64,000 nt of DNA from Longimicrobiales bacterium (GTDB taxonomy: Bacteria; Gemmatimonadota; Gemmatimonadetes; Longimicrobiales; Gaopeijiaceae), in assembly GCA_965226375.1 (NCBI GenBank), contig CBDDCX010000007.1, positions 160,001-224,000 of the forward strand. The letters run 5' to 3'. The position numbers and the translations under genes were made by a program. The notes beneath the pieces are model-generated. The model searched no databases. It saw only the letters and a list, made by a program, of their open reading frames with translations, and was not told the origin of the DNA. Below, in pieces: positions 59,162-64,000 of the stretch; position 1 is the stretch's first letter, and the number at the start of each line of letters is the position of its first letter.

Positions 59162-60663
59162 TTGCCGATACAGAAGTCGCGAAAGACCCGGTCGAGAACC
59201 TGGTCGTTGGATATCACACCGAGCAACTCTTCGAGTGCCGTTTCCGCCGGTCGCAAGTGGGTCGAAGCCATCTCAGCCGGCACCGCGCCCTTCAGCGCCT
59301 CGATGAACTCGGCCACGTGGGCCAGTGCGGCCCGCACCCCCTCCCGGTGCCGGGCCCGGGTCAGAGCAGGCACGGATACACCGGTACGTACGAATCCACG
59401 ATAGACGAGCGTTGGCAGAAGCTCCTTCAGGCGCGCGATACCGGTCCCATCGAGTACGGAGATTTCAACCGTGTCCGCGACCGCGAGTGCAGCCTGGGGT
59501 TGCGAGCCCGCACCTTTCATGATGGGTTCGTGCACCGTCCCCGACCCTGCCAGATCGGCCTTGGTTCTGAGCACCACCACCGGCACATCGCCCAGCTCGT
59601 CCACGAACTTCAGCTCATCCTCCAACAGCGCTCGACCGCCCTCTACACACAGGAGCACCAGGTCCGCACGGTTCAAGTACCGGCGCGCCACCTCAACGCC
59701 GAGGCGCTCCACCGTCTCCTCCGTATCACGGATGCCTGCCGTATCGACCAACCGGAACGGAAACCCCCCTAGCGATACGACCGCCTCCAGAGCATCTCGA
59801 GTCGTTCCCGGAACTTCGGTGACGATGGCGCGATCCTGGCCGAGAAGAGCGTTGAAGAGACTGGACTTGCCGGAGTTGGGTATGCCTGCGAGGACCGTGA
59901 GGGCTCCCTCGCGGAGAAGCTCGCCCTCCGGGGCCGTGCTCAGAAGTTCGTCGAGGGCATCGAACAGGCCCTTCGCCTCCTTCAGAACGCGCTCCACGGG
60001 GACCGGTGCCTCGTCTTCCTCGGGAAAGTCGATGTGGTGCACCAGAAGAGCCTCCACGGTTACCAGTTGCTCCCGAAGCGCCCCGATTCTCTGGCTGAGG
60101 CCACGATCCAATTGAAACAGGGCACTGTCGTGCAGCGCCCGGCTGTGTCCCTCCACCAGATCCAGCACGGCCTCGGCCTGCACCAGGTCCATCTTGCCAT
60201 GGAGCACGGCCCTTCGAGTGAACTCCCCGGGCTCGGCAAGGCGCGCTCCGGCCGCCTGGCACGCCTCGAGGACGAGAGCGGGCACCAACCACCCGCCGTG
60301 ACTCGAGATCTCTACCACGTCCTCACCTGTATAGCTGTCCGGTGCCGGGAAGGTCGTGACCAGCGCGCGATCCAGGAGCCCCCCCGTGTTCGGATCCTGA
60401 AGGGCCAGGAGCCGTGGCGAGCGTGGGGGGACTGAGGCGGCGTGCTCGGGGGAAAGGGCCTGAAGAATATGGAAGGCTCGTTCTCCGGAGAGTCGAACCA
60501 ATGCGACCGCGCCCAGACCAGGGGCTGTCGCCACCGCGGCAATCGTGTCCACCACCGGCTCGGACCCCGCGCCGGAATCCGGCGCAGCCGGCAGACCCGT
60601 GGTCTGCTCAGTCACGGCGCCGGAATCCGGCGCCTCTTGCCGGCCCGAGGCCTGCTCAGTCAC
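59158..60663 (-). CDS. mnmE: tRNA modification GTPase
   Basis: DTIAA.AT, SYTGED, G.PNSGKSS, GTTRD, DTAG, FCIGK. Confidence 0.96.
   Translation of the reverse strand: MTEQASGRQEAPDSGAVTEQTTGLPAAPDSGAGSEPVVDTIAAVATAPGLGAVALVRLSGERAFHILQALSPEHAASVPPRSPRLLALQDPNTGGLLDRALVTTFPAPDSYTGEDVVEISSHGGWLVPALVLEACQAAGARLAEPGEFTRRAVLHGKMDLVQAEAVLDLVEGHSRALHDSALFQLDRGLSQRIGALREQLVTVEALLVHHIDFPEEDEAPVPVERVLKEAKGLFDALDELLSTAPEGELLREGALTVLAGIPNSGKSSLFNALLGQDRAIVTEVPGTTRDALEAVVSLGGFPFRLVDTAGIRDTEETVERLGVEVARRYLNRADLVLLCVEGGRALLEDELKFVDELGDVPVVVLRTKADLAGSGTVHEPIMKGAGSQPQAALAVADTVEISVLDGTGIARLKELLPTLVYRGFVRTGVSVPALTRARHREGVRAALAHVAEFIEALKGAVPAEMASTHLRPAETALEELLGVISNDQVLDRVFRDFCIGK
60568..60663 (-). repeat. Two 48-bp tandem copies at the mnmE 5' end
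   Basis: GTGACTGAGCAG at 60663 and 60615; palindrome GCGCCGGAATCCGGCGC at 60569 and 60617. Confidence 0.8.
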
Positions 60664-62413
60664 CGCTGGTAGCCAGCTTGATGGGCCCCTTCTCCCGGAG
60701 CTTCTGGCGCTCCTTGGCAATAAAGTACTGCTGGGGCAGCGTGGCCAGGTTCGCCGTGACGTAATAGAGATTCAGCCCCGACGCGAAGTTCAGGAAGATG
60801 AACGTCATCATGATCGGCATCATCCACAACATCATCTTCATCTGCGGGTTCGGCTCGGGCATCGAGCGAACCGAGATGAACTGCATCAGGAACATGGATG
60901 CGCCCAACAGCACAGGCAGCACATAGATCGGATCGGCCGCAGCAAGATTCGGGAGCCAGAGGAAGCTCTCACCCCTCAGATGGATCGTGTTCTGGAAGAC
61001 GAAGAAAAGCGTGATGAGAACGGGCCAAGGAAGCAGCATGGGGAGACACCCGGCCAGCGGGTTGAAGCCGTGGTCCTTGTACAGCTTCATCATCTCCTTC
61101 TGGAGCTTCTCGGGTTGGTCCTTGTACTTCTTCTGGATCTCCTGGAGAAGCGGCTGCACGGCCATATTGCGCATCTGCGCCCGCATCGCCTTCTGGTTCA
61201 GCGGGAAGAGCAGCACGCGCATCATCACCCCGAAGATGATGAGCACCCATCCGTAGCCGACGTTCAGCTTGCTGTGCAGGAAGTTCAGGATCGTCATCAC
61301 GATCGCGACCACGGGGCGAACCACCACCCGCATCCACCGGTAACCGTACGGGTTGGCCTCCTCCAGCCCGTTGCCGTAAGCGGTGAGGAGATCGAGCTCC
61401 TGGGGACCCATGAAAAGCCGATAGCTCGTCGATCCGGCGTTGCCCAGGGATTGGGTCACCGCCACCTCGGCCTGGTCGTCACCGAGCGCCGAACTCGCAA
61501 TCAGACCGCCGAGGTACGCCTCTTCAACACCGGTCCCCGGCAGCACGGCAAAGAGGAAATACTTGCTCTTCAGCGCAGACCAGATGAGCGGACCTTCCAC
61601 GATTCGATCGTCGTCCACCTTGCGCATGGGCACCGCCTGTATGCCCTCGCGGAGATGGTTCGTCACGTAACCCATAATGCGTGACTCGTCCGCCTCCCTC
61701 GCCTCGTTGTAGGCCAGGCCTCTTCCCATGTCCGTCACCAGAAGCGCGCGATCGACGCCGGTGACGCTGCTCCGTACCGCGATCTCGTACGACGACGGAT
61801 CGAAGGTGTAGGTCGTCTCGAAGGTGAGCGCCCCCGACGGGTGTCGGTAGGTCAGAGTGAGGGTCTCGGACCCGCCCCCCTCGGTCAGGCGGAGCCCATC
61901 ACGGGGCACGACCTCGAAGGGAAGGTTGCGTAGGTCGAGGCTGCCTCGGTCGGCCTGAATCTGGGCACCCAGAGCTCCAAACCCATCCTCAACCAAGAGC
62001 TCTACCGGTCCCTCGCGGGAAAACGAGGGGAACTGGAGCAGTTGCGCCGAAGTCAGCCGACCACCGTAGTTGCTGAAGGCGAACCTGTAGAGGGGACCCT
62101 CCACGACGATCGTCTCGGGCGGCACGGTGCCGGGCTGTACCATTGCCGGAGGCACGGCCTCAGTCAGCACCCCTTGGCCGGCCGGCGGTTGCAGCGGGTC
62201 GCCGACAATGGCCGGTACCGTCTCGGCCGCTACCTGGCCGGGTGCGATAGGACCGGGCGCCTCGGCCAGGCCGGGAGCTTCAACGGAAGTCACCGAGTCC
62301 GCAGACGCCGGATCGAGCTCTTCCGGCGGGATGGGCGGAAAGAGAAGGTTCGTCCCGACCAGGACGAGGATCATCAGAGTGATCGCTAAAAGGAACCGCG
62401 CTTCCTGATTCAT
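60656..62413 (-). CDS. yidC: Membrane protein insertase
   Basis: NPLAGCLPML, F.GP, SGLNLYY; large periplasmic domain. Confidence 0.95.
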   Translation of the reverse strand: MNQEARFLLAITLMILVLVGTNLLFPPIPPEELDPASADSVTSVEAPGLAEAPGPIAPGQVAAETVPAIVGDPLQPPAGQGVLTEAVPPAMVQPGTVPPETIVVEGPLYRFAFSNYGGRLTSAQLLQFPSFSREGPVELLVEDGFGALGAQIQADRGSLDLRNLPFEVVPRDGLRLTEGGGSETLTLTYRHPSGALTFETTYTFDPSSYEIAVRSSVTGVDRALLVTDMGRGLAYNEAREADESRIMGYVTNHLREGIQAVPMRKVDDDRIVEGPLIWSALKSKYFLFAVLPGTGVEEAYLGGLIASSALGDDQAEVAVTQSLGNAGSTSYRLFMGPQELDLLTAYGNGLEEANPYGYRWMRVVVRPVVAIVMTILNFLHSKLNVGYGWVLIIFGVMMRVLLFPLNQKAMRAQMRNMAVQPLLQEIQKKYKDQPEKLQKEMMKLYKDHGFNPLAGCLPMLLPWPVLITLFFVFQNTIHLRGESFLWLPNLAAADPIYVLPVLLGASMFLMQFISVRSMPEPNPQMKMMLWMMPIMMTFIFLNFASGLNLYYVTANLATLPQQYFIAKERQKLREKGPIKLATSGD

Positions 62414-62671
62414 CTACCCCACACTTCCACGTCGATTCAACTGGGTGACATCGAGATCGTCCGGCACGGGGTCATGGCCCCACCCCCCGAACGGCCGGCA
62501 ACGTATCAGGCGCTTGAAGGCCAACCAGCTTCCATGCACGGCACCGTAGCGCTCCACGGCTACCGCCGAGTACTCGGAGCAGGTGGGCGAGAAACGGCAG
62601 GAAGAGGGCGTGTAGGGCGAGATCCCTCGCTGATAGAACCGGATCACTCCTAGAATCATTCGCCCGAACAC
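62414..62671 (-). CDS. yidD: Membrane protein insertion efficiency factor
   Basis: [19 protein letters not shown]. Confidence 0.95.
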   Translation of the reverse strand: MFGRMILGVIRFYQRGISPYTPSSCRFSPTCSEYSAVAVERYGAVHGSWLAFKRLIRCRPFGGWGHDPVPDDLDVTQLNRRGSVG

Positions 62672-63060
62672 AAGTCCTCCGTTACCGCCTGAAGCTCTGC
62701 CTTGAGAGTACGGAAGCCGGCACCATAGGCTTCTTTGCGGGCGCGCACCAACACATCCAGCACCAGGCCCGCATCGCTGAGCCGAGGGAGCACGCGAGTC
62801 CGTCCGATCTCTCTCAACCGGCGCTTCACACGGTTTCTTTCAACAATCGAATGCCTATGCTTGGGAACGATCACGCCCCACCGACTATGCGAGCCGGGTG
62901 AAGACAAAAAGAAGACGTCCAGATTGGGCGTCTTCTTCCGAGTACCCCGTCGAAGGAGCGATCGGATATCTCGGGTCTGACTGATGCGTACCGATCGCGG
63001 GAAGCGAAACTCATCGGTCCTACTCGGACCCGGCCCGGTTGCCGAGCGGGCCGCGCTCAT
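62656..63060 (-). CDS. rnpA: Ribonuclease P protein component
   Basis: [12 protein letters not shown] motif; synteny. Confidence 0.9.
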   Translation of the reverse strand: MSAARSATGPGPSRTDEFRFPRSVRISQTRDIRSLLRRGTRKKTPNLDVFFLSSPGSHSRWGVIVPKHRHSIVERNRVKRRLREIGRTRVLPRLSDAGLVLDVLVRARKEAYGAGFRTLKAELQAVTEDLCSGE

Positions 63061-63064
63061 GCGA

Positions 63065-63214
63065 CTACTTTGAGCCGATCCTCACCACTAGGCGGCCGCG
63101 ACCTCGGGCCCGCCGCCGCGACAGCGTCTTTCGCCCTCCGCGAGTCTTCATCCGCTCACGGAAACCGTGCTTGTTCACACGCTTACGGTTGCGAGGTCTG
63201 TATGTGGGCTTCAT
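63065..63214 (-). CDS. rpmH: 50S ribosomal protein L34
   Basis: Manual translation [49 protein letters not shown]. Confidence 0.97.
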   Translation of the reverse strand: MKPTYRPRNRKRVNKHGFRERMKTRGGRKTLSRRRARGRGRLVVRIGSK

Positions 63215-63371
63215 AGCGTTGGAGCCTTCTTTTGTCGTCCAGGGACCCGCGCCGTTGAACCGCGATGGGGCCGTAAAAAAATTAGCACGGAAAGATATCT
63301 GAGAGCGTGAACCGAGGTCAAGGCCAGGGCGGGCCCTGAGAGCGAAAACTCCTTCAGCGGTACCACCAAAA

Positions 63372-63400
63372 TTGACTTTTCCACATCAGGATTCTAGCGT
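63372..63400 (+). promoter_or_regulatory. dnaA promoter with overlapping DnaA box
   Basis: TTGACT-N17-TAGCGT; TTTTCCACA at 63377-63385. Confidence 0.65.
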
Positions 63401-63457
63401 GCCTCCCCGCCGACTCTCCACTAGATTGAGTGATCGTCGAACATTCCCAAGGAGCAC

Positions 63458-64000
63458 ATGGAGTTCACCGCCGACGACCTGTGGTCAAGGGTCCTAGAGG
63501 CAGCCCGAGGCCGTATCCAGGAGCAGACCTATCGTACCTGGATGGCGGGGACGACGGCGGTCGGACTCACCGAGTCGGAGCTCCTGGTGGAGGCGCCGAG
63601 CGAATTCCACGTGGAGTGGCTGGAGGACAAGTACGGGCCACTCTTGTCGGATCTGATCGAACAGGCCCTCGGGCGGCCGCTCCGACTCAAGGTCCAGTGT
63701 GGCAACCCGGCCCCCACACCCTCCATCCCCACAGTGGAGGTCGCCACACCCGCTTCGGCACCCTCCGCGCCCGCGGTCGGCGCCACCTCGCCGTCACCGT
63801 CGCTGAACGAACGGTACTCCTTCGAGCGCTTCGTGGTCGGTGACAACGTCGAGCTCGCGACGGCGGCATGTCATGCCGTCGCCGGAAAGCCGGCTCGCAT
63901 GTACAACCCCCTGTTCCTCTACGGCGGTGTGGGCTTGGGAAAGACGCACCTCATGCATGCCATCGGCAACGCCATTCGTGAGACGACGCCATCCAGCCGG
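63458..64000 (+). CDS. dnaA: Chromosomal replication initiator (partial)
   Basis: [21 protein letters not shown]...[13 protein letters not shown]...[23 protein letters not shown]. Confidence 0.97.
   Translation, partial: MEFTADDLWSRVLEAARGRIQEQTYRTWMAGTTAVGLTESELLVEAPSEFHVEWLEDKYGPLLSDLIEQALGRPLRLKVQCGNPAPTPSIPTVEVATPASAPSAPAVGATSPSPSLNERYSFERFVVGDNVELATAACHAVAGKPARMYNPLFLYGGVGLGKTHLMHAIGNAIRETTPSSR

Overview
GC-rich (~65% by eye) bacterial chromosome segment ending at dnaA, so it is origin-proximal. Gene content and protein style suggest Gemmatimonadota (inference, no search run). Right end: dnaA (partial), rpmH-rnpA-yidD-yidC-mnmE-acyP-mnmG, no rsmG, a BlaI/BlaR1-TonB pair, two perfect parS sites and a parA-parB-M23-bactofilin-Nif3 run. 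Middle: an outer-membrane barrel gene split by a 3.25-kb nested IS256/IS481/IS1595 element with an 8-bp target duplication; lipA-pdhABC with a separated lpdA; ispH; tandem Tat-type aminotransferases. Left: glcDEF, an M20/GNAT/NSAR set resembling the D-amino-acid succinylation-racemisation pathway, a MarR unit with four operators and an orphan PilB-like ATPase. Best leads: NrdR-box-like motifs placed symmetrically inside both IS1595 ends, the hybrid composite transposon, tandem duplications at translation starts (including a mini-ORF relay before pdhB), and several gene lesions. No rRNA, tRNA or CRISPR array was recognised.
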